Numbered from the stretch's first letter, positions 1 through 10,831 are shown. The stretch: DNA of 64,000 bases from Microcoleus sp. (GCA_042408215.1 JAYFMW010000017.1:160001-224000), one strand, 5' to 3'. The notes: generated by a model from the letters alone, not told the origin. Numbers and translations are program-made.

Positions 1-33
1 GCAGAACCAAAGCATCTGCGTTCCCAGGCAGAG

Positions 34-215
34 CCCATTGGTCAAAACTTAACGTTAAATCGATCGTCTCTTGTTTGTATCGAAGTCTTGATCCCCCCTA
101 ACCCCCTTTAATAAGGGGAGTAGGGGAGTAGGGGGTGTGGGACAAGATTCTTCTCAAAGTCCCCCTTATTAAGGGGGATTTAGGGGGATCGAGACTCGAC
201 TAAAAGCGACTTTTA
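34..215. repeat. MITE-like dispersed repeat (CCCATTGGT..AACTTAA end plus GATCCCCC..TAAGGGGGATTTAGGGGGATC core), copy 1
   Basis: Core AAAGTCCCCCTTATTAAGGGGGATTTAGGGGGATC recurs at about 855-1066, 53095-53250 and, inverted, at 55748-55910. Right boundary approximate. Confidence 0.75.
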
Positions 216-319
216 TTATGCGTTTGGCAGGTCACCGGCAGAGCCGGAACGAGCTTTCCGTAAGGGCGGTGTCCGCGTACCTGCAACGAGCAATCAAAAA
301 TCAAAAATCAAAAATCCCT

Positions 320-763
320 ATGACTCGTCCCCGTTCATTTTTTGCCTTGATGATGTCATTTCTGATGGCATTTCTAGTCAGTTGCAGCAGTGTGGAAGCA
401 AAAGCTCCAACCACTTACACAGCAGCCCAGATTCAACAAATTCAGCGTTCTGTTCCTACTCTTACAGAATTGCGATCGCGCATGGATAAGCTGGGAACCC
501 TAATTCAAAAACGCAATTGGGTTGATACCAGAACTTACATTCACGGGCCTCTCGGCGACTTGCGGGGCGCAATGAAAAGCGTCTCTGCTAGCCTGTTACC
601 TCAAGCTCAAAAAGAAGCTGTTGATTTAACCAAGAGTTTGTTTGCCGATTTGGTGAACATTGATATTGCTGCTAAGGATCTTGACTATGCAAAAGTCACC
701 AGCAGCTATCAAAAAGCAGTGGATGATTTTGATGCTTTCTTGCAGCTAATTCCTAAAGCTTAA
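320..763 (+). CDS. psbQ: Photosystem II extrinsic lipoprotein CyanoQ
   Basis: Lipoprotein signal (FLVSC) and conserved NWVDTRTYIHGPLG motif. Start moved to ATG 320 because the upstream ORF extension runs through repeats. Confidence 0.92.
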   Translation: MTRPRSFFALMMSFLMAFLVSCSSVEAKAPTTYTAAQIQQIQRSVPTLTELRSRMDKLGTLIQKRNWVDTRTYIHGPLGDLRGAMKSVSASLLPQAQKEAVDLTKSLFADLVNIDIAAKDLDYAKVTSSYQKAVDDFDAFLQLIPKA

Positions 764-854
764 TAACTTTTGGGCTTGGGGTAGGGTGGGCAATAGACTG
801 GTGTCAATAACTGGGCTAAAACTCATCATAAATGTCGCTTGTAGTCGAGTCTAT

Positions 855-1066
855 ATCCCCCCTAACCCCCCTTAATAAGGGGAGTAGGGGAGTAGGGGGT
901 GTGGGACAAGACGAAGAGTATTCTCAAAGTCCCCATTCTTAAGGCGGGGGACAAGAGCATTCTCAAAGTCAACCCCTACTCCCCTTCTTAAGGGGGATTT
1001 AGGGGGATCGAGACTGCGAGACAAACGATAGAAACAGAGGGTTTGAGTCTTAAGTTGACACCAATG
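855..1066. repeat. MITE-like dispersed repeat, copy 2 (internal partial duplication)
   Basis: Same core as 34-215; ends in CTTAAGTTGACACCAATG. Confidence 0.75.
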
Positions 1067-1130
1067 CAAGCTCCACCTTGCTAAAAAATTCTATAAAATC
1101 TAAAATCCAAAATCCAAAATCTAAAATCGA

Positions 1131-2216
1131 ATGGTTCGTGTTGCAATTATTGGATGTGGTATTGTTGGGGCGTCGATCGCCTTTGAACTAAGTAAATTTC
1201 CCGAACTGAAAGTTACTGTTTTGGACAAACAGCCGCCGGCACAAGCTTCCACGGGCGCAGCCCTCGGCGTTTTGATGGGAGTGATCGGCCACAAAACTAA
1301 GGGCAGAAATTGGCAGTTGAGGGAAACCAGCCTTCAACGTTACGAAACTCTAATTCCTGAATTGGCAGAAATTACGGGGCGGAAAATTCCTTTTAACAAA
1401 CAGGGAATTTTGATGCTTTGTTCGGAGGGAGAGGATTTAAGTAAGTGGGAAAAGTTGAAAGCTACTCGCCAATCTCAAGGTTGGGAGTTGGAAATTTGGG
1501 ATTTGGATATTGTGCGCGATCGATGTCCTCATATCGCTCTAAATCCTAACATTATTGCTGCTATTTATTCGCCTCAAGATCGACAAGTCGATCCAACAGT
1601 CCTAACTTTAGCTTTGGTTGATGCTGCTAAGATAAATGGGGTTGATTTTGAGTTTGGGGTGGAAGTTGAAGGCCTTACTGAGTTGCATTCTCAGGTGTGT
1701 CAGATTCAAACAACTGTAGGAAACTTAGAATTCGATCGGCTAATTATCGCGGCGGGTTTGGGTGCTTCGGCTTTGACAGCTTCCTTAAATCAATTGGTTG
1801 ACATTCGCCCGGTGTTGGGACAAGCGCTACATTTGCGATCGCCAAATCCTTTAGAAAACCCGGATTTTGCGCCAGTAATTACTTGCGATGATGTCCATAT
1901 TGTACCTTTGGGCGATCGGGAATATTGGGTGGGGGCGACGGTGGAGTTTCCGGTAGATGGCGGAGAAATTCAGGCGAATGCTGATATGTTGGAGCAAGTG
2001 ATGGCTAGGGCGATCGCACTTTGTCCAGCCTTAGCAGCAGCTACAATTCTGAGGAAATGGTCGGGGTTGCGCCCGCGCCCGGAAGGACGACCAGCACCAA
2101 TTATCGATCGACTTTCCGGTGCTAGTAATATTCTCATAGCCAGCGGCCACTATCGTAACGGCGTGTTACTCGCCCCCGCCACAGCACGCACAATTCGAGA
2201 AATGATTTTGCAATAA
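1131..2216 (+). CDS. FAD-dependent oxidoreductase (DAO/glycine oxidase-like)
   Basis: N-terminal GCGIVG Rossmann motif; GLRPRP and GHYRNGVLLAP motifs. Confidence 0.88.
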   Translation: MVRVAIIGCGIVGASIAFELSKFPELKVTVLDKQPPAQASTGAALGVLMGVIGHKTKGRNWQLRETSLQRYETLIPELAEITGRKIPFNKQGILMLCSEGEDLSKWEKLKATRQSQGWELEIWDLDIVRDRCPHIALNPNIIAAIYSPQDRQVDPTVLTLALVDAAKINGVDFEFGVEVEGLTELHSQVCQIQTTVGNLEFDRLIIAAGLGASALTASLNQLVDIRPVLGQALHLRSPNPLENPDFAPVITCDDVHIVPLGDREYWVGATVEFPVDGGEIQANADMLEQVMARAIALCPALAAATILRKWSGLRPRPEGRPAPIIDRLSGASNILIASGHYRNGVLLAPATARTIREMILQ

Positions 2217-2270
2217 TTAACAAATCTTAATATTATAATCAAGATTGCCATCGAGATCTTACATTTCCAT

Positions 2271-2753
2271 ATGTCCGAAAAACCTTTAGGTAAACCACGC
2301 TCTTTGTGGAAAGTAATTTTGCTATCCGCAGTCTCCTTGCTGCTGTATTACGGATGGTACAAATGGATTATTCAAGAAGAATTGCGTCGCTATAACGGCA
2401 GCGGTTGGTCGGGAACCCTTTGCTTGCTTCCCTTTGTTTTAGGAGTAGCTATTCCCCAAGCTTTGCGGATATTCGATCCCGACGTTCCCGGATGGTTTGG
2501 TTGGTTTTCCTTCCTCGGTATTGCTTGGATTTACATCGTACAGTTCAAACTTTACAACACAGTCAACGAACTGTATCGCCAAGAAGGCATCAAAGAACCG
2601 CTAACAGTTTGGTGGATTTTTGTACCTGGTCTAAATTTAATTGTCGGTTTGCGGCAAATCCACTTTTTGAGCCAATTTTGGGCCATAAAACAGGGAATTT
2701 CAGTTAAGGATAACTTAGCAGAAAGCATTCCTTTTCTCTCAGCTAACGCTTAA
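2271..2753 (+). CDS. Membrane protein, DUF4234-like
   Basis: Several hydrophobic helices; KPRSLW...YYGWYKW pattern. Confidence 0.6.
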   Translation: MSEKPLGKPRSLWKVILLSAVSLLLYYGWYKWIIQEELRRYNGSGWSGTLCLLPFVLGVAIPQALRIFDPDVPGWFGWFSFLGIAWIYIVQFKLYNTVNELYRQEGIKEPLTVWWIFVPGLNLIVGLRQIHFLSQFWAIKQGISVKDNLAESIPFLSANA

Positions 2754-2812
2754 TCTACTACCTGTATTGTGGGTAAACCATTATCATCAAGAATCAGACT
2801 TAAATGGGCGCC

Positions 2813-2919
2813 CAGAACCGGGTTTTTTTTACGAAATAGTTCGTGGCCACCCTAGAAACCGGGTTTTTTTACGAAATAGTTCGTGGCCACCCTCAGATTT
2901 GGTAAAAAACCCGGTTTCT
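2813..2919. repeat. AGAAACCGGGTTTTT / AAAAACCCGGTTTCT inverted-pair repeat with internal ~42-bp duplication
   Basis: Same family at about 3510-3576, 21468-21532, 35143-35176 and 63755-63820. Confidence 0.8.
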
Positions 2920-2986
2920 TTGACTGGTTTCTTTGACCTGAGTGCATCCAAGACTGAAGAATCGCCGAATCATCAAGGGTGTATCT

Positions 2987-3403
2987 TCACCAAAATCTAT
3001 GCGGCAAATCCCCAAGAATCAGTTTCAAGTCTGGTTCATCAACCCGCTTAATTGCTTTAGGAATACTTACCCACTGCCGCTTTCTCTTATAAGCTTCAGG
3101 CCAATTTTCCACAACAGTTTCTACTTGCAGTAAAAATACCTCTACCTGACAAGTATATCCAGACTTATAGTATTCGTAAGTTCCCATCAAATCAGGAAAC
3201 ACTTGACCCAACAAACCTGCTTCTTCCCAAGCTTCCTTGGCGGCGGAATCTTCGGGAGTCATCTCAGGTTCAATTAAACCTTTGGGAATTACCCAACGCT
3301 TACCTCCCGACGAAGTAATTAGCATTACTTCAATTTTTCCGTTTTGAATGCGGTAGGGAATCACCCCCGATTGTTCCACCAATACAATGGTTCTGGTACT
3401 CAT
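2987..3403 (-). CDS. NUDIX hydrolase
   Basis: Nudix box PKG-x5-...SAAKEAWEEAG. Confidence 0.92.
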   Translation of the reverse strand: MSTRTIVLVEQSGVIPYRIQNGKIEVMLITSSGGKRWVIPKGLIEPEMTPEDSAAKEAWEEAGLLGQVFPDLMGTYEYYKSGYTCQVEVFLLQVETVVENWPEAYKRKRQWVSIPKAIKRVDEPDLKLILGDLPHRFW

Positions 3404-3624
3404 AATTTATGAAATATATTTTGGTGCAACAACTGCTTCAACTTGGTTAACAGTTGAAGACTCAAAACAAAAATTGCACCCTGATTTTACATAACTTACC
3501 CACGCGAGGTCAAAAACCCGGTTTCTGAGTCAATCTCTCGGAGAAATCCAGGATTTTTCAGAGAAACCGGGTTTTTAGCCTTAGTGCTACATAACTTACC
3601 CACGCGAGGTCAAAAACCCGGTTT

Positions 3625-3843
3625 CTGAGTAGCTGGTAAGGTGGGTCGCCCGAAACAATCCTCCATCGTAGCGACAATCGATGAGCGACGCACCTTACTG
3701 AGTAGCTGGTAAGGTGGGTCGCCCGAAACAATCCTCGATCGTAGCGACAATCGATGAGCGACGCACCTTACTGAGTAGCTGGTAGGGTGGGTCGCCCGAA
3801 ACAATCCTCGATCGTAGCGACAATCGATGAGCGACGCACCTTA
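3625..3843. repeat. Three tandem 73-bp REP-doublet-like units
   Basis: Units start at 3625, 3698 and 3771. Each has GTA(A/G)GGTGGGTCGC ... GCGACGCACCTTAC inverted arms. Confidence 0.9.
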
Positions 3844-3857
3844 CAAAATTTACTTAC

Positions 3858-6485
3858 CTAATCTTTTTTCGACTTAGCCTCCAAATTTTCCAAACGACTC
3901 TTCAAATCTTGATTATCCTTTTTCACCTGGTCTAATTCCTCGCGCAACTGCTTCACCGCTGCATCAGAACCAGCATTTTTCTGCACTCTTTGGACAGCTT
4001 CATCAGCCATGCGACGGACGCGGCCATCAGGAGTTTGGTCAGCTAAAGAACGCAAAATCCGAATAGCTTTGCTAGTTTCCATTTGTCCTAATGCTGTAAC
4101 TACAGATACTTGAGTCAAGAAAAAAGTCTCTCTAGACAATTCTGCCAATCGCTGCAAAATCCGTTCTAAATTGATATTAGTTTGACCAGTTGAAATTGTA
4201 CCCAAAGCACGAATTGCAGCCAAGCGCAAAGCTTGGGGAGTACCAGCGACTGTGTATTTCAAAATCAGATTCAGCGCATCTTCAGAAGTTTTCATTTGCG
4301 CTAAACCTGCGATCGCCCCCGATCGCACAACCTCATTCCACCCCTGACGCTCTTTCAGCACCAATTTTAACTCTTTCAGTACCTGTTCATCCGTCGGTTT
4401 TTCGTCGAGGTTAGCCGCTGCAATTGAGCCGATCGCAGTCGCAGCAGCAGCTTCTACATAATAGCTAGCGTCGCCTTTTTCGACGATCGACCTCAGCGCT
4501 TTATAGGTTTCGTGAGTTTTGATTTTACCCAACGCCCCCACCACAGCACGGCGAACGCGAGCATCTTTATCTTTCAAACCAGTTACTAAACCTTCAAAAG
4601 CTTGGTCGAGTTTAATTTCAACTAACTCGCTGGCGACTTCGGCGCGCACGCCCCAAAATGGATCTTTCTTGAGAACTTCTGACAGGGTTTTCACCGCTTC
4701 CAATCCTCCCTTTTTCGCCAAAGCGACCGCCGCATAAATCCGGGAAACCGGGTCAGGATCGAATTGCAACTGAGCTTTTAGTTCGGCAACTGGATACTCT
4801 AGAGAAACAGTTTTTAAGTATTTATTCCCCACATCAAAACTGATAAATGCCGGCTTCTCTTCTAGGGGAAAATAGAAACTTTGCTCGCGCTCGTAGACTC
4901 GCACAGTGAAAGTTTTGAGTAGCGGGACTGAAGATGTAGAATCATCACTGTCGTCTTTTTTCGGTTTGTAACCGAAGCCGATCGGGATTTTTAGATCGAA
5001 TACATCCTTATTGTTGCCATTGCCATTTTTGCTGTCTTTTACCTGAGTTTGAGTAACAGTCACTTTTGCTAACTTACTATCACCATCCCAAGCATAAGCA
5101 ACTTTGTAATCTGGATGACCGCCGCGATAAACGTACTGGTCAAACAAAAACATCAGATTGCGGCCCGTAGCTTTTTCTATGGCCCGGAGCAAGTCGATTG
5201 TTTCTACAGTTTTGTGAGCATTATCCTGGACAAAAGTCTGAATTGCTTGGTAAAATAATTCATCGCCTAACTCGGCGCGGATCATGTGGTAAACGCAAGC
5301 GCCTTTTTCGTACAAATGGCGATCGTACAATTCGATCGCTTCGCGGTAAACGTGAGTGACAATGGGGCGGCGGTAGCGAGAACTGTCTTCCGCTAAATAA
5401 TTGCGCGCCTCATTTAACATATAGTAAGCCGCATCTTCTTTGCCGTATTCTTGATCTGTCCACAGCACCTCGCAATAGGAAGCCATGCCTTCTTTGATCC
5501 AAGCATGAGACCAGTGTTTAATTACTACTAAATCACCAAACCACTGGTGAGCTAATTCGTGAGCAACTAAGCTTTCAGTACCTCGATTATCGAGGGTGGC
5601 GCGTTCGTCTAACAAGCACCTATCTGTCAGCAAAGTTGTGGAAGTATTTTCCATGCCGCCGAAGATGAAATCATCGACGCAGACTTGAGCGTATTTGGGA
5701 AACGGGTAAGGATAGCCAAATGCTTGAGAGAAGAATTCAATCATTTGAGGCGTTTTGCCCATGCTGCGTTTGGCGTCGGCTTCGCGGCTTTTTTCGACGT
5801 AATAATTAACAGGTTTACCGTTCCATTCGTCTTCAATTTCGGCAAAATCTCCCACAGCTAAAGTCATCAAATAGGTGGGGTGAACCTGTTTCTGCGACCA
5901 GTGATAAATTTTATCGTCGCCGTCGGTTTCTGTGTTGATTAATTCGCCGTTAGAAATAGCAAAAAGTTGTCTGGGAACTTGCACTCGGATTTCGGAAGTA
6001 GCGAGTTGTCCGGGATAGTCGAAACAGGGAAACCAGAAGCGAGAGTCTTCGTCTTCGCCCTGAGTCCAAACTTGAGTAGGTTTGTTGGGATAGTGTTTGT
6101 CTGGGCCGACGAAATAGAGGCCGCGTTGGGGTTTTTCGACTGAGTATTCGATCGCAATTGTAATCGGTTGGTTCGCTGCTGTTGGTTCGTGCAATTGAAC
6201 TTGTAGCACTTCGCCGTCGCTGTCGAAAGTTTGCTTGGTGTCGCCGACTTTTACGGATTTAATTTTTAGGTTGACAGCATCTAATGTTAATTTGTCAATA
6301 CCGCTGCGGACTGGATTGATGCGGATGCTGCAAGTGCCGCGAAAGCTTTGTTTGGGAATATCCAGCACTAAGTCGAGGAAAATATGCTCTACTTGACCGG
6401 GGCGATCGGGGTTATAATGTGGCCTAGCACCGGGCATCTCGAAGGATTTGTGACCGTTTTCAGAATCCAAGTAATTGTGTGACAT
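3858..6485 (-). CDS. pepN: M1 family aminopeptidase N with C-terminal HEAT repeats
   Basis: GGMEN, HELAH-x18-E and YEKG motifs. Start set at ATG 6485. Confidence 0.93.
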   Translation of the reverse strand: MSHNYLDSENGHKSFEMPGARPHYNPDRPGQVEHIFLDLVLDIPKQSFRGTCSIRINPVRSGIDKLTLDAVNLKIKSVKVGDTKQTFDSDGEVLQVQLHEPTAANQPITIAIEYSVEKPQRGLYFVGPDKHYPNKPTQVWTQGEDEDSRFWFPCFDYPGQLATSEIRVQVPRQLFAISNGELINTETDGDDKIYHWSQKQVHPTYLMTLAVGDFAEIEDEWNGKPVNYYVEKSREADAKRSMGKTPQMIEFFSQAFGYPYPFPKYAQVCVDDFIFGGMENTSTTLLTDRCLLDERATLDNRGTESLVAHELAHQWFGDLVVIKHWSHAWIKEGMASYCEVLWTDQEYGKEDAAYYMLNEARNYLAEDSSRYRRPIVTHVYREAIELYDRHLYEKGACVYHMIRAELGDELFYQAIQTFVQDNAHKTVETIDLLRAIEKATGRNLMFLFDQYVYRGGHPDYKVAYAWDGDSKLAKVTVTQTQVKDSKNGNGNNKDVFDLKIPIGFGYKPKKDDSDDSTSSVPLLKTFTVRVYEREQSFYFPLEEKPAFISFDVGNKYLKTVSLEYPVAELKAQLQFDPDPVSRIYAAVALAKKGGLEAVKTLSEVLKKDPFWGVRAEVASELVEIKLDQAFEGLVTGLKDKDARVRRAVVGALGKIKTHETYKALRSIVEKGDASYYVEAAAATAIGSIAAANLDEKPTDEQVLKELKLVLKERQGWNEVVRSGAIAGLAQMKTSEDALNLILKYTVAGTPQALRLAAIRALGTISTGQTNINLERILQRLAELSRETFFLTQVSVVTALGQMETSKAIRILRSLADQTPDGRVRRMADEAVQRVQKNAGSDAAVKQLREELDQVKKDNQDLKSRLENLEAKSKKD

Positions 6486-6711
6486 TTTGATGGTAAAGTT
6501 GTGAATCGATCGGCGATCGCTGGTACTTGAGCTGCTGCTGAGCTGCCAGCTTATTATAGAGTAGCGCGTCAAAGTTGCTGTTGTCTCTAATCTGATTAAA
6601 AACTCGGCTAATCATCGCCCGGAGCGAACCTCGGATTTTTTTGCTACAATACCAGCAAGGCTGATGTCTACAATTCATCAGCCTGCCATTGAAATTGAGA
6701 GGGAAATCTGT

Positions 6712-7794
6712 ATGACAGCTATACTATCAGTTTCCAATTCGATCGAGTCTTGGCTCGGCGATGAAGCAGAAGACTTGCTCGGCCATCAAGCGAAAGTTTC
6801 TAAAGATTTGTTGCACCTGCCCGGCCCGGATTGGGTAGACAGAATTTTTGCTCAGACAGATAGATCTCCTCAAGTCCTCCGCTCCCTTCAGCAACTCTAT
6901 TCTAGCGGACGCTTGGCGAATACTGGCTATTTATCTATCCTGCCAGTAGACCAAGGAATCGAACACTCCGCGGCCGCTTCTTTTGCACCGAATCCCATCT
7001 ATTTTGACAGCGAAAATATCGTTAAATTAGCAATTTCTGCTGGCTGCAATGCTGTCGCGACGACCCTGGGAGTTTTGGGAAGTGTATCTCGAAAATACGC
7101 GCACAAAATCCCTTTTATTGTCAAGCTAAATCACAACGAATTGCTGACTTATCCCAATCAATACGACCAAATAATGTTTGCTTCTATAGAACAAGCTTGG
7201 AATTTGGGAGCGGTTGCAGTGGGAGCAACAATCTATTTTGGTTCGCCGGAATCGACGCGACAAATCCAAGAAGTCAGTCAAGCTTTTGCTCACGCTCACG
7301 AATACGGAATGGCGACAATTCTGTGGTGCTACCTCCGCAACGATATTTTCAAACAAGACAAAGATTATCACCTTGCAGCGGATTTGACCGGGCAAGCAAA
7401 TCACTTGGGAGTAACAATTCAAGCTGACATTATTAAGCAGAAATTGCCAGAGTGCAACAACGGTTACGAAGCTGTTGCTAAAGCTAGTGGCCACAGTTAC
7501 GGCAAAACCGACAAGCGGGTTTATTCGGATTTGACGACGGATCACCCGATCGATCTCACTCGCTATCAAGTGCTCAACTGTTATGCGGGAAGGAGCGGTT
7601 TAATAAATTCCGGCGGTGCTTCGGGAAAAACCGATTTTGCGGAGGCAATTCGCACCGCAGTAATTAACAAACGCGCTGGAGGTTGCGGTTTAATTTCGGG
7701 TCGCAAAACTTTTCAGCGTCCCTTTGAGGAAGGGGTGAAATTGTTTAACGCAATTCAAGACGTTTATTTGTCGCCCGAAATCTCGATCGCCTAA
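6712..7794 (+). CDS. fbaB: Class I fructose-bisphosphate aldolase (DhnA/FbaB type)
   Basis: [17 protein letters not shown] and GLISGRK motifs; purine-rich RBS before ATG 6712. Confidence 0.93.
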   Translation: MTAILSVSNSIESWLGDEAEDLLGHQAKVSKDLLHLPGPDWVDRIFAQTDRSPQVLRSLQQLYSSGRLANTGYLSILPVDQGIEHSAAASFAPNPIYFDSENIVKLAISAGCNAVATTLGVLGSVSRKYAHKIPFIVKLNHNELLTYPNQYDQIMFASIEQAWNLGAVAVGATIYFGSPESTRQIQEVSQAFAHAHEYGMATILWCYLRNDIFKQDKDYHLAADLTGQANHLGVTIQADIIKQKLPECNNGYEAVAKASGHSYGKTDKRVYSDLTTDHPIDLTRYQVLNCYAGRSGLINSGGASGKTDFAEAIRTAVINKRAGGCGLISGRKTFQRPFEEGVKLFNAIQDVYLSPEISIA

Positions 7795-7924
7795 AAATTC
7801 ACAGCATTAATGCTTTAGCAAGTGTTGCTTTTGACAGCGGATTTGCACGAAAAACGCCGATGACTATGGGAATGACGCGCCGATTGCAGGATTTGCGATC
7901 GACTCTGGGGGTTAGCCTGGAAGT

Positions 7925-8251
7925 TTATTCAGTTTTTGGCTGAATTTCACTGACAATTTCATAAACATCAGTGTCTGGTATTTTTGCAAACAAAGGCGTC
8001 ATCTGCTTCAAGATTTCCTGGTAAGCTTCGCTTTGATTGGCTGCCATATCTTCTACGCTTTCCCAAAAAATGATCGCAATACCTTTGTCTGTATTGGGTA
8101 ATTGCAGCAGGTATGCTCCCTTGAAACCTGTGGCATAAGTTGCAACTGCTTTTTCAAACAGTTGTTCTGCTGCTTCAAATTTTCCTGGTTTAAATTCGCC
8201 AATGGCAACGTAGGCAAACTGATGTCGGAGAAAGTCGAGAAATTCTGACAT
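7925..8251 (-). CDS. ABM (antibiotic biosynthesis monooxygenase)-like protein
   Basis: Size and FKPGKF...GFKGAYLL...IIFWES pattern of dimeric alpha/beta barrel proteins. Confidence 0.7.
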   Translation of the reverse strand: MSEFLDFLRHQFAYVAIGEFKPGKFEAAEQLFEKAVATYATGFKGAYLLQLPNTDKGIAIIFWESVEDMAANQSEAYQEILKQMTPLFAKIPDTDVYEIVSEIQPKTE

Positions 8252-8675
8252 AGGTCTTTCCTCAGCTAATAGGGATACACTGAATTGTATTTTACCCGAG
8301 CGGCGTAATTTTGTGAAGCTCGCTGTTTATAGTTTTCTAGTTGCGCTCGGACGCCGGCAGACATAATTTTAGAATCTCTGAAGTTGAGCGATTCAAATAA
8401 CTAAAGACTCAAGTCTTTACTACAAACTGACTCAAGTAGAATTGAGAAGTTTTGTATCGGCTGGCCATTTTAGGTTTGTATTAGGGCCTGCCTTGGGCCC
8501 GATCGGCACTATAAGCAGTCCAGCCCTTGATTTCTGAAAGATTTTTCGTCAGTGCGATCGCACTTCAGACGGAGAAAACTGGGTGGCTGCAATAGCCCAC
8601 TTGAATTTTTCACAAAAAATGTACTATAATTATCACATAAAACTGCAAATAAATCAAACAAAAAAAATCAAAAAC

Positions 8676-9116
8676 ATGACCAAAATTTTAGTAATTGAAG
8701 ACGAAAACTTAATCCGAGAAACCATATTAGAAATTCTGGAATCGCGCAACTTTGAAGCAGTCGGCGCCCCAAACGGACAAGTTGGTGTCCAAATAGCTTC
8801 CGCCCAAATTCCCGATTTGATTTTATCCGATGTAATGATGCCCCTACTCAACGGTTTTGAAGTTTTGACAGCTTTGCGATCGAACTCTGCAACCGCCAGC
8901 ATTCCGTTTATTTTTATGACTGGTACGGAAATGGAAAAAGCTCTCAAACTCCGAGCAGACGGCTATCTCAAAAAACCGTGCAGCGCCACCCAAATCCTAG
9001 CAGCGATCGCCACTCAACTACAAAAACCCAACAGTTACCAACTCAAAATATCAAAAAATACAGACCAATTCTGCCAAACCCAATCCCAGCTTGCAGGTCA
9101 AGAATCAAAAATCTAG
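8676..9116 (+). CDS. Single-domain response regulator
   Basis: KILVIEDE, DLILSDVMMP, FMTG and KP motifs. Confidence 0.9.
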   Translation: MTKILVIEDENLIRETILEILESRNFEAVGAPNGQVGVQIASAQIPDLILSDVMMPLLNGFEVLTALRSNSATASIPFIFMTGTEMEKALKLRADGYLKKPCSATQILAAIATQLQKPNSYQLKISKNTDQFCQTQSQLAGQESKI

Positions 9117-9241
9117 GTGGGAAATTCGATCGCTTTGCTCCCAATCACAGAGTAACCCGATCGATCGTAAGTCCAGGCAATTTAAAATTGCTTCTAGACA
9201 GGCGTGGCCTAGACTGGGTATGTTGAATTTGTTAAAAAATT

Positions 9242-9535
9242 ATGAACCCACAGTCAAAAGGCCGCCTAGTTTGGAATCACTCTACCCACCTTCCCGGTTT
9301 GATACCAATTTTAGAGCGCCTCACCCTAAAAATGGGCATTCAAACCGTTACTCCCGGAGTCATTAACAAAGTTAAAGGGCACATCCCCCGCATGACATTA
9401 AGAATCTCAGTACCAATCCGGGGGGGATTTAAAATCATCGCCAGACAGGGCAAAACCGTACAAGAAGTCTTTATATTAACCACTCTCTGTCAAGGGGACT
9501 TGGAAGAGACGATCGCCCAAACCCTAGCCAAGTGA
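9242..9535 (+). CDS. DUF2103 family protein
   Basis: GRLVWNHSTH...GGFKIIARQGKTVQEVF pattern. Confidence 0.75.
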   Translation: MNPQSKGRLVWNHSTHLPGLIPILERLTLKMGIQTVTPGVINKVKGHIPRMTLRISVPIRGGFKIIARQGKTVQEVFILTTLCQGDLEETIAQTLAK

Positions 9536-10153
9536 CAATTTTTGCTGAGCAAGCATAGCCCTGGCTCTAACAGCAGAAGTTTCATCGCGATCGGACATTT
9601 CGTCAAGCCTGACCCGCACTTCTGAAAGCCAAGGAGGCCCAACATTAGCCGCTGCATCTACCAAAGCTTGCAAACCCCCCACTGCTGCGTAGCGAACCAC
9701 CCATTCCGGGTCTTGGGACGCTTGCAGCAGCGTTTTAATGGTGCTTCTTTGAGCCTCCGCAATTTGTTCTGCCGGCATCAGTTGCCAGCAAATCGTACCC
9801 AAACCCCTAGCCGCCGCCCGCCGCACGCTCAAAGCAAAGTCATTCGCCGCCGCATCCAGCAAAATATCTAAACCCCTGGGGTCGCCAATTCCCGCCAAGG
9901 CCCGAACGGCCCAAGCCCTGGCTCCGTAATTGTAGCCGTCAAGCTGTTCTAGCAGCGGCAGCACCGCAGGTTCTCCGAGTAGAATTAGCCCGTCAACGGC
10001 GGCAACGGCGGCCCCTGGGTTGTTGTAGCCGAGCACTGTAATTAATGTGGGAATTGCTTCTTTTAAGTCAGCAGCCGCCAGTGCTTTGACTGCGTTTAAC
10101 AAGCCTTCAGAAGAATCTGCTTGTTCGACAGCTTGAATTAGTTCTAATGCCAT
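9524..10153 (-). CDS. cpcF: Phycocyanin alpha-subunit phycocyanobilin lyase CpcF
   Basis: GYNNPGAAVAAVDGL and GYNYGARAWA HEAT motifs; operon context. Confidence 0.93.
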   Translation of the reverse strand: MALELIQAVEQADSSEGLLNAVKALAAADLKEAIPTLITVLGYNNPGAAVAAVDGLILLGEPAVLPLLEQLDGYNYGARAWAVRALAGIGDPRGLDILLDAAANDFALSVRRAAARGLGTICWQLMPAEQIAEAQRSTIKTLLQASQDPEWVVRYAAVGGLQALVDAAANVGPPWLSEVRVRLDEMSDRDETSAVRARAMLAQQKLSLG

Positions 10154-10240
10154 TTACTTGTAAGTACGCTTCCAGCGAACAATTTTAGATTTTATAACAT
10201 ATATTGGAACACTTTGATTGCGGGCGATCGCCTAGCAATA

Positions 10241-10831
10241 TCAAGTTTGATTTGTTCCAGCCATCCAAGAGTTAATTCTGTTTTCCAGAACAACTATATC
10301 TTCAGGACAAAGTTGTCGAATTCGGCTGTATCGCTGTACTGCTTCCTCTGCCAGTGTCTTGCGCCCTTCACCGGGAGAGTTTAAAAGATTTCGCTCTTGG
10401 ACAAAAGGAAGGAAGTATGTTTCTTTGGGATTAACTTCTTGACGGATGTCCAGCCACTTCCAATCCGGCGGCAAATCGTGACCAGCCAAAACCCAAACTT
10501 CTATTTCCTGCCAAGCATTTTCGGCTAACAACAAGCGCCCCGAACCTAGAATATTTGCTGCTTGTTCTTCTATCTTTGCCAGTGCATTTTTTCTACCTTC
10601 CTTACCATCTCGGTCTACACACAGCACAAAAAGATCAACCATCGCATATTGATTGATAATGCTTTTAATATTTTCCCATTTTAGAGCTTCAGTAACACCT
10701 CCTAGCAGTGGATCTTGACAAATCATCACTTTAGCGCGAGGCTTTCCAAGCTGCGCCATAATTGCACCGATAATTGGTTTTAGCATATATTGGTCTTTGC
10801 GGAAATCTTCGGGAATCACTAGAACCCTCAT
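10241..10831 (-). CDS. TOPRIM-like protein (DUF4276/RloB-like), coupled to upstream ATPase
   Basis: N-terminal VLVIPED (catalytic E), VDRD (DxD) and EIEVWVL motifs; 4-nt overlap with the ATPase stop. Confidence 0.6.
   Translation of the reverse strand: MRVLVIPEDFRKDQYMLKPIIGAIMAQLGKPRAKVMICQDPLLGGVTEALKWENIKSIINQYAMVDLFVLCVDRDGKEGRKNALAKIEEQAANILGSGRLLLAENAWQEIEVWVLAGHDLPPDWKWLDIRQEVNPKETYFLPFVQERNLLNSPGEGRKTLAEEAVQRYSRIRQLCPEDIVVLENRINSWMAGTNQT

Noticed and set aside
218..319. N-terminal extensions given by the ORF track (psbQ, and likewise pepN, recF, cpcC, the SH3 gene and mraY)
   Set aside because: The extensions run through repeats or mobile-element ends, or lack family similarity; downstream starts match family N-termini and, in several cases, have RBSs.
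3625..3843. 73-bp period resembling CRISPR repeat+spacer
   Set aside because: The whole units are near-identical, so there are no unique spacers.
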